64,000 nucleotides of DNA from a bacterium (GCA_037426365.1 JAXYTD010000052.1:15291-79290); one strand, 5' to 3'; counted from the first letter of the stretch, positions 1 through 9,557 are shown. Made by a program: numbers and translations. Notes: generated by a model not told the origin, from the sequence alone.

Positions 1-2
1 CC

Positions 3-563
3 GATACTGCGGGGATCAGAGACACTCCGTCGGATGAAATAGAGGCAATAGGCATACGCAAAGCCGTTTCTGCACTAAAACAAGCCGATTTAGTTGTTTT
101 AATGATCGACGGTTCAGTTGCTCCGGAACCTGATTTGCTCCAAAAAATAAGTGACCTAAAAGAATTAAATAGTCAAATCCTCATTGCTATCTCAAAATCG
201 GATCTTCCTCAAAATCCTCAAACCACTTCTCAATTGAACAGCAAGGAGCTTTCTTCTATACCTAAATTACAGATTTCCGTAAAAACATCAGAAGGCTTGC
301 TTTCTTTGCGAAAAAAACTGTCAGAATCATTGGGGATCATACCGATAGAAGGTGTTTACAGTGCCCGTTCACGTCATCTTTCTGCATTGAATGACAGTAT
401 TGAAGCTTTGACTAGAGCTTCTCAGATACTGGAAATCGGTGATTTAGTTCTCTGTGCTCAGGAAATGAAACTTGCACAGGACAGTTTGGGCATGATCACT
501 GGTAAAGTAAGTTCTGACGATTTACTCGGTAAAATTTTCAGTACTTTCTGCATAGGCAAATAA
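3..563 (+). CDS. mnmE: tRNA modification GTPase MnmE (TrmE), 3' part; 5' end outside window
   Basis: Frame is open from the window edge. Translation starts DTAGIRDT (G-domain G3 motif) and ends with the family-typical C-terminal FCIGK. Confidence 0.93.
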   Translation, partial: DTAGIRDTPSDEIEAIGIRKAVSALKQADLVVLMIDGSVAPEPDLLQKISDLKELNSQILIAISKSDLPQNPQTTSQLNSKELSSIPKLQISVKTSEGLLSLRKKLSESLGIIPIEGVYSARSRHLSALNDSIEALTRASQILEIGDLVLCAQEMKLAQDSLGMITGKVSSDDLLGKIFSTFCIGK

Positions 564-565
564 AG

Positions 566-1099
566 CTAAAGTGCCGCCCTGCTTTGGGCTTCAACAGAGG
601 CGGCAAACTCAGCGCATATTTTTTTCCATCCCTTCTTAAGAGTTACAACCATACATTCATATCCGGGAACAGGCTGTTTTTCATTAAACTCCAATACCAG
701 TGAAGAAATTTTCTTTTCATTTTGATAGGCAGTAAACAAAGCTTCTATCTCTACTTGTGAATCCAAAGCTCCGTAAAATTTACTGACGTCTATATCCACA
801 CTGATCGGCTCACTGTTTCTTAATTCTTCAGACAGTACCGCTGCTAACTGCTCTTCCAGCTTTCCGCTCCAACGATGATGTTGCGCCGGTCGCATAACAA
901 CATCAGAGATTTTTACCACCAAGGATCCATCTGACAAAATACCAGCCAGATTCACTTTAATTCTGGATAAACCACGCCATGATGAGGCACTTACATCATC
1001 AGCCACAGTATATCGTTCAACATTGATATTTGACGTCTGACACCCAGAGAATATCAATAAACATGATAAACAACCTATCATTCTCAATATTTTTTTCAT
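566..1099 (-). CDS. pqiC: intermembrane transport lipoprotein PqiC (YmbA family)
   Basis: Signal peptide with lipobox (LIFSGC). HHRWSGKLEEQL and PGYECMV segments parallel E. coli YmbA. ATGA overlap with the pqiB stop. Confidence 0.75.
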   Translation of the reverse strand: MKKILRMIGCLSCLLIFSGCQTSNINVERYTVADDVSASSWRGLSRIKVNLAGILSDGSLVVKISDVVMRPAQHHRWSGKLEEQLAAVLSEELRNSEPISVDIDVSKFYGALDSQVEIEALFTAYQNEKKISSLVLEFNEKQPVPGYECMVVTLKKGWKKICAEFAASVEAQSRAAL

Positions 1100-2727
1100 T
1101 TGATGCTCCCTGGCTCCGGATCATCTTGTTCGTGGTTAAAAATCAAAGAATTTGGTTGCTGACTCAGCTGAGAAAACATCGGTTGCAATTCTTTTAATAT
1201 TTCTCTTATATCATCACTCAAATTGTACAGTTCTTCTACCAATCCCTTGTGTTTAGCTTCATTTTCATGTCCATTTAACTTTTTTAATAAAAATTCAAGT
1301 TCTTCTGATACAGCTGAAGCATGATTAATCAAACCAGAAGATCTCAATTCCCGTCCCGTGATTTTCCACTCAGTCATCAATGCATTCATTGTCTTTAAAT
1401 CACGTTTGATACCATCAGAAATACCTTTAAAATCTATATTTCCTATCTTTTCACTTACAATTTCCAGTCTTTTATCTAATGTCTGCGATTCAATTACAGG
1501 TATTACAAAATCACCGCGATAAGCCTCCTTGATTTTTTTACACTGTTTTTGTGTACCGAAATCCAGTTTTACCGTATCGAGACCTGTCAATAAAGAAGTA
1601 GAAACCAAAGATGCACATAACCTGCCTTCCTTCAGAGCCTGCTTTATCAATTCAGACACTTTTTCATCAGATAATCCTTTTACAGATAAAGCGATTCTAA
1701 CCGGAACATACTGTTCTGAAGACAGAACGGAGCCTGTGTTCTCATACCAAGGACTATCAACAACTCTTCCTATCACAGCCCCTTTCGCCTTTACCAAGCT
1801 ACCTTCGGCAACTACTCCGGACGAATTATTCATCATCAGAACAAAATGCGGGCTGTTTTCCAAAACACTGCCGCTTGCTTCTTTAAAATTTTCAAAAAGT
1901 TTCAATGTCTTGCCGCACTCTTTCAATTCCTCGTGATCATTTAGATCATCAAAGGTGATCCCGCTTGATAAAAGATTCTGTAAATTTTCTGTTCTAAAAG
2001 AAATGCCTTGCGGTCCCATGGAAAAATCCAGTCCGCTGTTTATCCAAAAAACGGATCGCGACGTCACAAGTTGCTTATATTTAGAATCTATAATTACCTT
2101 ATATTTTATTAATCCGCTATCTACTTCTAATTCTGCACCATTAACACTGCCAACCACAAAACCGCGATAGCTGACCGGATCACCGTAGCCAATACGTCGT
2201 CCTGAATTAGATATCAATGTCAAATGCAAAGCATTAGTATCACTTGCTGTTGCCGGAATGTTATCTAATAAGGCAAATTCCCTACCAAACTTATCTGATA
2301 TACCTTGATTCAGCTGAATGTAATTGCCAGTCAGTATAGTATCTAATCCAGAAATATTAGCCGATTGAACTCGAGGCTTAACTACATAAAAAACGGTATC
2401 ACTACGAAGAAGATCCTTTTCGTCTTCATCTATACGAATCTTAAGTTCAACTTTACTGTGATCTTTAGATAAGACTACCTTCTCAACTTTTCCCACTGTT
2501 ACCGATCTGAATTTAACTAAAGTCTTTCCTGCTTCCATACCAGAAGCATCGTCACAGTAAATAGTTATAAGTTCTCCTTTGTCAAAGGTATTTTTCCACA
2601 ACAAAGTTAAAGTAATAACCAAAGCCAAAATCGGAATCAACCAGATAAATGACAGAGTAAACGACTTTCTTGTTACAGCAATTCTATTTTTTTTCAACGT
2701 ACTTATCCCAAATAAGTCTCTCATCAA
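1096..2727 (-). CDS. pqiB: MCE-domain intermembrane transport protein PqiB
   Basis: 543 aa with an N-terminal TM helix, repeated MCE-like segments and a C-terminal helical region. Flanked by pqiA and pqiC. The start may be a few codons downstream. Confidence 0.85.
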   Translation of the reverse strand: MMRDLFGISTLKKNRIAVTRKSFTLSFIWLIPILALVITLTLLWKNTFDKGELITIYCDDASGMEAGKTLVKFRSVTVGKVEKVVLSKDHSKVELKIRIDEDEKDLLRSDTVFYVVKPRVQSANISGLDTILTGNYIQLNQGISDKFGREFALLDNIPATASDTNALHLTLISNSGRRIGYGDPVSYRGFVVGSVNGAELEVDSGLIKYKVIIDSKYKQLVTSRSVFWINSGLDFSMGPQGISFRTENLQNLLSSGITFDDLNDHEELKECGKTLKLFENFKEASGSVLENSPHFVLMMNNSSGVVAEGSLVKAKGAVIGRVVDSPWYENTGSVLSSEQYVPVRIALSVKGLSDEKVSELIKQALKEGRLCASLVSTSLLTGLDTVKLDFGTQKQCKKIKEAYRGDFVIPVIESQTLDKRLEIVSEKIGNIDFKGISDGIKRDLKTMNALMTEWKITGRELRSSGLINHASAVSEELEFLLKKLNGHENEAKHKGLVEELYNLSDDIREILKELQPMFSQLSQQPNSLIFNHEQDDPEPGSIK

Positions 2728-3916
2728 ATGAGGCTGCAGCCCATAAAGTAACTAAAACAACTAAACAGAAGGTCAAAATAGCAAGACCAGGAGCGATCGA
2801 CATCAAGCCACCGAACCTGACGGCTACAGTCATGATGATCACAACAAACACATCAAGCATTGACCATTTACCTATAAATTCAACTAAATGGAAAAGTCTG
2901 GACAAAGCTATAGGATTAGTGATTGCACCTTTATTTACCTTAAAAGACAAATAAGACAATGCCAAAATTTTAAATCCAGGAATAAACAGTGATGCAACAA
3001 TAATTACAGACGCTACTAACCAAGATCCGCTTTTCCACAAAAATAAGGCACCTTCTACGATATTAGATCCTTCCGTATTTCCAAGATAAGTGGTGAACAT
3101 TACAGGGTACAGATTTGATGGTAAAAACAATATCGATGCAGCAAGCAGCAATGCAACACATTTTTGTCCGCATCTTTTCTGACGGAAGGAAGTATTCATC
3201 CCGCATCTGGGGCAAACTGCTTCTTTTGCATGACTAACAAAAGCACATGAACACCGTCTGCAAATCTTTATTCCCTGATCTTTTCCATTCAATTCAAGAT
3301 TTATTTGTAATTCTGGCCCTTCACCTACCAACTTCCATATCGAAACAGGACGGTATTTATTCCAACACCATACAGTCATCCATGAAAATATAATGAACAG
3401 GTAAAATCCAGAAAGAAAATCAACTGTCGCTAAGGAGGTTATCTTGACAAGACTTATTGCCACCGCCAATACAAATACATCGACAAAAGAACATATATGA
3501 CAAAAAGAATAAACAGTAGCAACTGTCTTTGACGGTTTATATCCGAGAAAACCAATTGCACATATGATTAACAACATGCACAACGGTAATAACAACACCG
3601 TACTTACAAACAATGCCGCAAGAAAAAACCAATCCTCAAAAATAAAACATAAGGATAAAAGTGAAAAAGAAGCTGAATTACCAGCTGATGACAACGAAAA
3701 AAAAGGCAAAGGCAACGCACACAACATCATCAATATCGCCGAAATTGCCACAGCAGCACCTTGGGTCAACGATATTTCGTTTGCAGGCCTCAATAACCTT
3801 TTACAACGCGGACAACGGCATTGATAGCCGCGACGATAAGCAGGAAGCAATACAGCAAGATCACATGACGGGCAAATAACTATACTTTCACCATTTAGAT
3901 CCTGCGATTTTCCCAT
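2684..3916 (-). CDS. pqiA: paraquat-inducible protein A-like inner membrane protein
   Basis: Two repeats, each a Cys4 zinc ribbon (CPSC..CPRC and CRRC..CPRC) followed by TM helices. First gene of the pqiABC arrangement. Confidence 0.85.
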   Translation of the reverse strand: MGKSQDLNGESIVICPSCDLAVLLPAYRRGYQCRCPRCKRLLRPANEISLTQGAAVAISAILMMLCALPLPFFSLSSAGNSASFSLLSLCFIFEDWFFLAALFVSTVLLLPLCMLLIICAIGFLGYKPSKTVATVYSFCHICSFVDVFVLAVAISLVKITSLATVDFLSGFYLFIIFSWMTVWCWNKYRPVSIWKLVGEGPELQINLELNGKDQGIKICRRCSCAFVSHAKEAVCPRCGMNTSFRQKRCGQKCVALLLAASILFLPSNLYPVMFTTYLGNTEGSNIVEGALFLWKSGSWLVASVIIVASLFIPGFKILALSYLSFKVNKGAITNPIALSRLFHLVEFIGKWSMLDVFVVIIMTVAVRFGGLMSIAPGLAILTFCLVVLVTLWAAASFDERLIWDKYVEKK

Positions 3917-3945
3917 GCAAAGCCTACCTATTTGTTATCACACTC

Positions 3946-4470
3946 TCACACAAAACCAGAAGCTAAAACGATTTTTCCTGTTTTCAGCGATTGTTGTACA
4001 TCGATAATGCGTTGATTTGATGAACCTCTGAAATCAAGGTCTAAAGATTTTTTTGAAAGAATAAACTGACCATCTACTACTACGTCAAGTTGTTCTAATA
4101 ATGCTTTTCTATCGGGATTATCCAATAATTTTTCAAAAGTGAATCCAGTATAAGACCATAAAGAATATCCCTGTGCTTTAGCTATTTTTGCAAATACAGT
4201 CAAAGGTTTTGGTTGTATAAAAGGTTCTCCACCAGAAAAGGTTACACCGCCTACCAGAGGATCACGCTTCATTTCGTCATACAAAACCTTAAGACAAACT
4301 TCCAAACCACCGTTAAAATCCCATGATTGCTGGTTATGACAACCTTTACAGTGAAAAGGGCAACCTTGCGTAAAGATCACGTAACGAATGCCGGGGCCGT
4401 CAACGATTGATTCCTGAACGGCCCCGGCAATTCTTAAAGTGGTTTGATCCAGAATATCCAGATCAGACAT
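3946..4470 (-). CDS. nrdG: anaerobic ribonucleotide reductase activating enzyme (radical SAM)
   Basis: GCPFHCKGCHN cluster motif, 174 aa, directly downstream of nrdD. Confidence 0.93.
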   Translation of the reverse strand: MSDLDILDQTTLRIAGAVQESIVDGPGIRYVIFTQGCPFHCKGCHNQQSWDFNGGLEVCLKVLYDEMKRDPLVGGVTFSGGEPFIQPKPLTVFAKIAKAQGYSLWSYTGFTFEKLLDNPDRKALLEQLDVVVDGQFILSKKSLDLDFRGSSNQRIIDVQQSLKTGKIVLASGFV

Positions 4471-4477
4471 GGCTTAC

Positions 4478-4642
4478 TCAAACATGCATATGTTTAACAC
4501 GATCGTTTACTTCAGCTCTTTTGGCATTGTTAAAACGATCCAGAGTACCGACCAAATACCCAGTAACTCTTCTGATGCGCTCAAATTTAATACCTTCACC
4601 AACCACTCCATTGTGAGCATGTAATCTTGATTGCATAGCCAT
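4478..4642 (-). CDS. 54-aa stand-alone NrdD-type glycyl-radical peptide (small ORF not in the supplied track)
   Basis: My translation of the minus strand: MAMQSRLHAHNGVVGEGIKFERIRRVTGYLVGTLDRFNNAKRAEVNDRVKHMHV. GAGGAG Shine-Dalgarno lies 4 nt upstream of the ATG. RRVxGYL...RVKH is the C-terminal glycyl-radical signature of class III RNR. The stop is 7 nt before the nrdG ATG. Confidence 0.6.
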   Translation of the reverse strand: MAMQSRLHAHNGVVGEGIKFERIRRVTGYLVGTLDRFNNAKRAEVNDRVKHMHV

Positions 4643-4717
4643 CACTCCTCAAAACAATATATGCAAGATACCGCATCAAGGCGGATAAAAAAAATTAAAT
4701 GAGAAAAAATCTATTCT

Positions 4718-6979
4718 CTAATCAAAGCAACTGCAGTCAACACCAAGTCTTCTTAAACGTTCAATGCTGATCCCTTCTCCGTCACGTCTACCACAACGGG
4801 GACAAACGTCATTTATAACCCCTACATAATTACATACAGGGCAACGGTCCACAGGATGATTGACCGATCCATAGCCGACTCCGCACTGTTTCATATATAA
4901 AATGACTTTTTCAAATGCATCGACATTTTTAGTCAAATCACCGTCCAACTCAACATAAGAAATAGAACCTGCGTTGCACAATTCGTGATACGGGCCTTCT
5001 ATTTTAATCTTATCCGCTGCTGATATATCGTAATAAACAGGAACGTGGAAACTGTTGGTATAGTAAGCTCTGTCTGTAACTCCGGTGATCTTTCCATACA
5101 ATTGTTGATCAATTTTTACAAAACGACCGGACAAGCCTTCGGCCGGAGTTGAAAAAAGAGAAAAGTTAAGTCCTGTTTCCTGAGTATGCCTGTCTGTCAG
5201 CTCTCGCATATGCCTTACAATTTCAAGACCTAACTCGTTTGCCTCAGAACTTTCGCCGTGGTGTTTTCCGACCAATGCTTTGAGACATTCGGCAAGACCG
5301 ATAAAACCAACCGACATAGTTCCATGCTTGATGATATCTTCAATATAATCTTCAGGATCAAGCTTATCTGAACCAATCCAAATTCCCTGTCCCATTAAGA
5401 ACGGATAATTCAGTACTCGTTTCTTTGCAATAATGTCGAAACGATCCTTCAACTGCTCAAAAACCATGGCAAAGGTTCTGTCAACCGAAGTATAGAATCT
5501 GCTGAGCGAACCGTGGGCCTCGATACCGAGTCTAGGCAGATTTACCGACGTAAATGACAAATTACCTCTCCCGGGAATAATTTCCTTGGTTTTATCAAAA
5601 TCATTAGATACTACACGGGTACGACATCCCATCAAAGCAACTTCTGTTTCAGGATGTCCTTCCTTGTAATATTTAATATTAAAAGGTGCGTCTAAAAAGG
5701 AAAAATTGGGGAAAAGACGTTTAGCAGAAACTTTGCATGCTAATCTGAAAAGATCATAATTAGGATCACCTGCTTTGGTATTAATTCCGTCCTTTACTTT
5801 AAAAATCTGAACTGGGAAAATCGGAGTTTCTCCACCGCCCAAACCGGCATCCGTTGCCAACAACACGTTTCTCATGATCATGCGTTGTTCGGCAGTAGTT
5901 CCAGTTCCGTAATTGATCGAAGAAAAAGGTACCTGAGCACCTGCTCGCGATTGCATGGAATTTAAGTTGTGTATCAGCGCTTCCATTGCCTGATAAGTTT
6001 CACGCTGCGTAAGCTTTAAAGATTCCATCATGACATATGAAGCATCAGCCTTGGCATCATTGGATCCTAGCTGTACCAATTCCTGCTCCACAAATTCCTG
6101 AATCTTTTGCTGTGCTTCTTTATCTAACAAAGTGCCTTTTACTTCATAAAGCTCATTACAAAAGCTCTTTAGCGAAGAAATATCCATTTGCTCACGTCTT
6201 AAGCAAATCTCCATGACCTTGCCTACGTGTTTTATGTATGATTTGGCCACATAAGGTGCAAGATCATACTCAAACATAGGAATAGACTGACCGCCATGCA
6301 TGTCATTCTGATTTGATTGAATTGCTATACAACATAAAGCGGCAGCAGACTGAATGGACTGAGGTTCGCGTAAAAAACCGTGCCCTGTGGAAAAACCACG
6401 CTTGAATAAATCCTTAAGACCTATTTGACAACAATTAATTGTTAAAAGGTAGAAATCCAAATCGTGAATATGAATATCACCGCGTGCATGAGCCAACGCA
6501 TGTTCTGGGCGCAAAACATAACGCTTAACGTAATCCTTAGCTCCCTCAGAACCGAATCTCAACATCAAGCCCATAGGTGCATTGGCATCAATATTGGCAT
6601 TTTCACGCTTAAGATCCATATCAGCTGTACTTTTTGAAGTCAGATCTCTGTAAATTTTGGTCAGATCTGTATTGTAAGTACGAGCATTGGTACGACGCTG
6701 GCGGTAAAGGATAAAATTTTTGGCTTCAGAGGCAAGACCAGATTTAATCATGGCCTGTTCAATAAGATCTTGGGTGCGTTCGACAGACGGGGTCTTGGGA
6801 AGCTCTTTTTCAATATCGGCAACAACCATGGAGGTAAGCTTTAAGACTATTTTTTCGTCTGCTACGGTAATTTCGTCATCAGGGTGGACAGAGATCAAAG
6901 CCTTTCGGATCGCGTTGGAGATTTTCTGCTCATTAAAAGCGACTTTTCTCCCATCCCTCTTCATTATGAAACGAATCAT
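4718..6979 (-). CDS. nrdD: anaerobic ribonucleoside-triphosphate reductase, large ORF ending before the glycyl-radical segment
   Basis: N-terminal ATP-cone (KRDGRKVAFNEQKI), a long class III RNR-like body, and a C-terminal zinc ribbon CPVC..CPRC. Ends GEGISIERLRRLGVDCSCFD without the RVxGYL motif. Confidence 0.92.
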   Translation of the reverse strand: MIRFIMKRDGRKVAFNEQKISNAIRKALISVHPDDEITVADEKIVLKLTSMVVADIEKELPKTPSVERTQDLIEQAMIKSGLASEAKNFILYRQRRTNARTYNTDLTKIYRDLTSKSTADMDLKRENANIDANAPMGLMLRFGSEGAKDYVKRYVLRPEHALAHARGDIHIHDLDFYLLTINCCQIGLKDLFKRGFSTGHGFLREPQSIQSAAALCCIAIQSNQNDMHGGQSIPMFEYDLAPYVAKSYIKHVGKVMEICLRREQMDISSLKSFCNELYEVKGTLLDKEAQQKIQEFVEQELVQLGSNDAKADASYVMMESLKLTQRETYQAMEALIHNLNSMQSRAGAQVPFSSINYGTGTTAEQRMIMRNVLLATDAGLGGGETPIFPVQIFKVKDGINTKAGDPNYDLFRLACKVSAKRLFPNFSFLDAPFNIKYYKEGHPETEVALMGCRTRVVSNDFDKTKEIIPGRGNLSFTSVNLPRLGIEAHGSLSRFYTSVDRTFAMVFEQLKDRFDIIAKKRVLNYPFLMGQGIWIGSDKLDPEDYIEDIIKHGTMSVGFIGLAECLKALVGKHHGESSEANELGLEIVRHMRELTDRHTQETGLNFSLFSTPAEGLSGRFVKIDQQLYGKITGVTDRAYYTNSFHVPVYYDISAADKIKIEGPYHELCNAGSISYVELDGDLTKNVDAFEKVILYMKQCGVGYGSVNHPVDRCPVCNYVGVINDVCPRCGRRDGEGISIERLRRLGVDCSCFD

Positions 6980-7198
6980 CGCTTTGAATGCTCCCCCTTC
7001 AAGCTATAAAATATGTATATAAATCAATATAATAATTTAATTATAAAAGTTCCGGAACATTATGCGAAAAAGCATGTGTATTTACAAGCTCCATAAAATT
7101 TATAAGCTATCTTGACACTGCTAAAAACTCATAATTTTTCACATAAATTCACATAAAAAATATTTTTCTTTTAACTGTCTGCTGGAGATCTTAAGAAG

Positions 7199-8278
7199 AT
7201 GAACTACAAAAAGTACGATATCTTTTGTGACGTAATAGACAACTATGGTGATGCCGGCTTCAGCCTTCGACTTGCCCGCACGCTGAGCGAAAAAAATATA
7301 GAAGTCCGTCTTTTTTGTAATGATCTGCAAACTCTCTATACCATTACAGACAGACAAGATCTTACGAATCAATTGCTAAAGATTTCAAAATGGCCAGATC
7401 GCGGGAGCTATCATCCTTATGATATTGTGATTGAAGCTTTTTCGTGCCGTCTGCCTGATCTGTTAAATCAAAAACTGCGTGAACACCATTCATTGGTTAT
7501 AGAACTTGAGTACCTGACGGCAGAAAAATTTTCAGAAGACTGTCACGGATTGTCATCCTCTGCAGACAGTCTAAACAGTTATTTCTTTTTTCCAGGTTTT
7601 AGTAAAAAAACAGGCGGGGTGATTTTCGAACAAAATTTTTTAAACAAGAAAAAGTCGCAGACTTGTCATTTTTCCATACAAAAAGGAATACACGTATCAC
7701 TTTTTTCATACAAAAATCATAACATTACAGATTTTTTTCATATTCTTTCCAAAACAGGTGCTACTGTAAAAATCACTGTATTTAAAGGTCTCGCTCTTGA
7801 CAATGTTAATAACATTTTGAAGCTTTCTCTAAAACCAGGGAAACAACATAGATTAGACAACTTAGAACTTAATGCCGTAGATATGTGCAGTCAGGACGAA
7901 TACGATAATATCCTGCTTACATCAGATCTAAACTGTGTACGCGGGGAAGAATCGGTTGTCAGAGCGATGCTTTGCGGAAAACCTTTTCTTTGGCAGATAT
8001 ACCCACAAAGTGAACAAGCTCATATCATCAAACTAAATTCCCTTTTTGACAGAATGTCTGAATATTTGCCTGAATATCAAGATGATATAAAGATAATACG
8101 TTATTTTAATCTTGAATATAACGGAGTAAGAACAGAGCAGCAACTCCCGTCACTGCTTGAATTTCTTCCGAAATGGGAACAGGTATGTACTAAGTGGTCA
8201 TTGCATCTGATAAAACTAGGTTCACTTACAGACAACCTTATAAAATTTATAGATTGTATAACCTTAAAAAATTCTTAA
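7199..8278 (+). CDS. earP: EF-P arginine-32 rhamnosyltransferase EarP
   Basis: N-terminus YDIFCDVIDNYGDAGFSLRLAR is typical of the EarP (DUF2331) family. Located next to an Arg32-type efp. Confidence 0.85.
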   Translation: MNYKKYDIFCDVIDNYGDAGFSLRLARTLSEKNIEVRLFCNDLQTLYTITDRQDLTNQLLKISKWPDRGSYHPYDIVIEAFSCRLPDLLNQKLREHHSLVIELEYLTAEKFSEDCHGLSSSADSLNSYFFFPGFSKKTGGVIFEQNFLNKKKSQTCHFSIQKGIHVSLFSYKNHNITDFFHILSKTGATVKITVFKGLALDNVNNILKLSLKPGKQHRLDNLELNAVDMCSQDEYDNILLTSDLNCVRGEESVVRAMLCGKPFLWQIYPQSEQAHIIKLNSLFDRMSEYLPEYQDDIKIIRYFNLEYNGVRTEQQLPSLLEFLPKWEQVCTKWSLHLIKLGSLTDNLIKFIDCITLKNS

Positions 8279-8488
8279 TTTTCAACATATTTTATTGTTG
8301 AATAATCTGTAGAACATCAGTGCAATCAAATAACATCGCCCTGTAAAAAAAAGCTTGTATCTGCTAAAATGTCGCGTCAGCAGTTCAGCTGTGACCAAAT
8401 CAGCTGATTTTAGCAGTACACAGTTATCACCTCTTAGAAAAAGGGGTTTGTTTATACTTTAAACAAAATCAACAAAAAGGTTTATCAA

Positions 8489-9052
8489 ATGAAGTTAGCT
8501 CAAGAAGTACGTGCCGGCAACGTGATCATGGTCGACGGCAATCCTATGGTTGTTCAGAAAGCTGAATATAGCAAATCTGGTCGTAACGCCGCCGTAGTAA
8601 AAATGAAACTGAAGAGCTTGCTCTCCAACGCAGGTACCGAAAAAGTATTCCGTGCCGACGATCGTCTCGAAGATGTTGTTCTCGAGCACAAAGACTGCAC
8701 CTACTCCTACCTCAATGATCCTTTCTACGTTTTCATGGACGAAGAATTTAACCAGTATGACGTGGATAAAGACAACATGGGTGATGTTCTTAATTACCTT
8801 ATCGACGGCATGGAAGATGTTTGCCAGGTTACTTTCTATAACGGCAAAGCCATCAGCGTAGAACTTCCCATTAGCATCGTTCGCGAAGTTGAATACACTG
8901 AACCTGCTGTCCGCGGTGATACCTCCGGTAAAGTAACAAAACCTGCTAAGCTGGCCGGTACCGGTTATACCATCTCCGTTCCTGACTTTGTCAAAACTGG
9001 TGATAAGATCGAAATCGACACTCGTACCAATGAGTTCAAGAAACGTGTCTAA
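8489..9052 (+). CDS. efp: elongation factor P, Arg32 (EarP-modified) type
   Basis: 187 aa, closely parallel to Pseudomonas EF-P. The loop is [14 protein letters not shown], with Arg where E. coli has Lys34. Confidence 0.95.
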   Translation: MKLAQEVRAGNVIMVDGNPMVVQKAEYSKSGRNAAVVKMKLKSLLSNAGTEKVFRADDRLEDVVLEHKDCTYSYLNDPFYVFMDEEFNQYDVDKDNMGDVLNYLIDGMEDVCQVTFYNGKAISVELPISIVREVEYTEPAVRGDTSGKVTKPAKLAGTGYTISVPDFVKTGDKIEIDTRTNEFKKRV

Positions 9053-9086
9053 ACATCTGATCTAAGTTTTTAAGAATACGAAAAAC

Positions 9087-9120
9087 AAGCCTGACATCCT
9101 CATGGTGGTCAGGCTTTTTT
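9087..9120 (+). terminator. intrinsic terminator after efp
   Basis: Stem AAGCCTGAC / GTCAGGCTT (9 bp) followed by a T-run. Confidence 0.85.
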
Positions 9121-9557
9121 ACATCTGATGTCCATAAAAGCTCATCTCCAGAAATCAATGCCAGCATCTTTGATAAAATTACGCTAAAAAGTTGTGATTA
9201 GTCTGTTGAGAGTCATGGGATCAGCTGTCGCGTAATGTTTGAGAAAATACGCAAAATTTTTATACTGTTTAAAAGTTAGTTTTTTTCCACCAAACTCAAA
9301 CGATATTTTACCAATTCATAACAGAATTAATCTGATGTTAATGGGTTGTTTTAGTTGCCTTTTTTTAACTTTTCGTCTGTTTTTACATGACTAATAATAA
9401 AAATAATAAAAAAATATATTAATAATTAATATTTTTTTATTTATTAATTATTAGCGTCGTATTTTTCAACAAAAGTTAACGTGAGTACAACTGTCACTAC
9501 TCCATTTTTACATCCTTACTCTATCAACGAAGAAAGGATCTTCTAAAGGCTTACAAG

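Noticed and set aside
7138-7157. Tandem direct repeat TTCACATAAA x2 upstream of earP, and a search for FNR/NrdR boxes in the nrdD-earP gap (6980..7198)
   Set aside because: The repeat is only two copies of an AT-rich 10-mer. I could not identify TTGAT-N4-ATCAA or a convincing NrdR box pair by eye, so no regulatory site is called.
9121-9557. Calling the efp-mnmG gap the chromosomal origin (oriC)
   Set aside because: The position and flanking gene orientation fit, and a pure A/T tract is present. But I find only one 8/9 match to the relaxed DnaA box TTWTNCACA, no box cluster, and only two GATC sites in 437 bp despite GATC being frequent elsewhere. Kept only as a low-interest observation.
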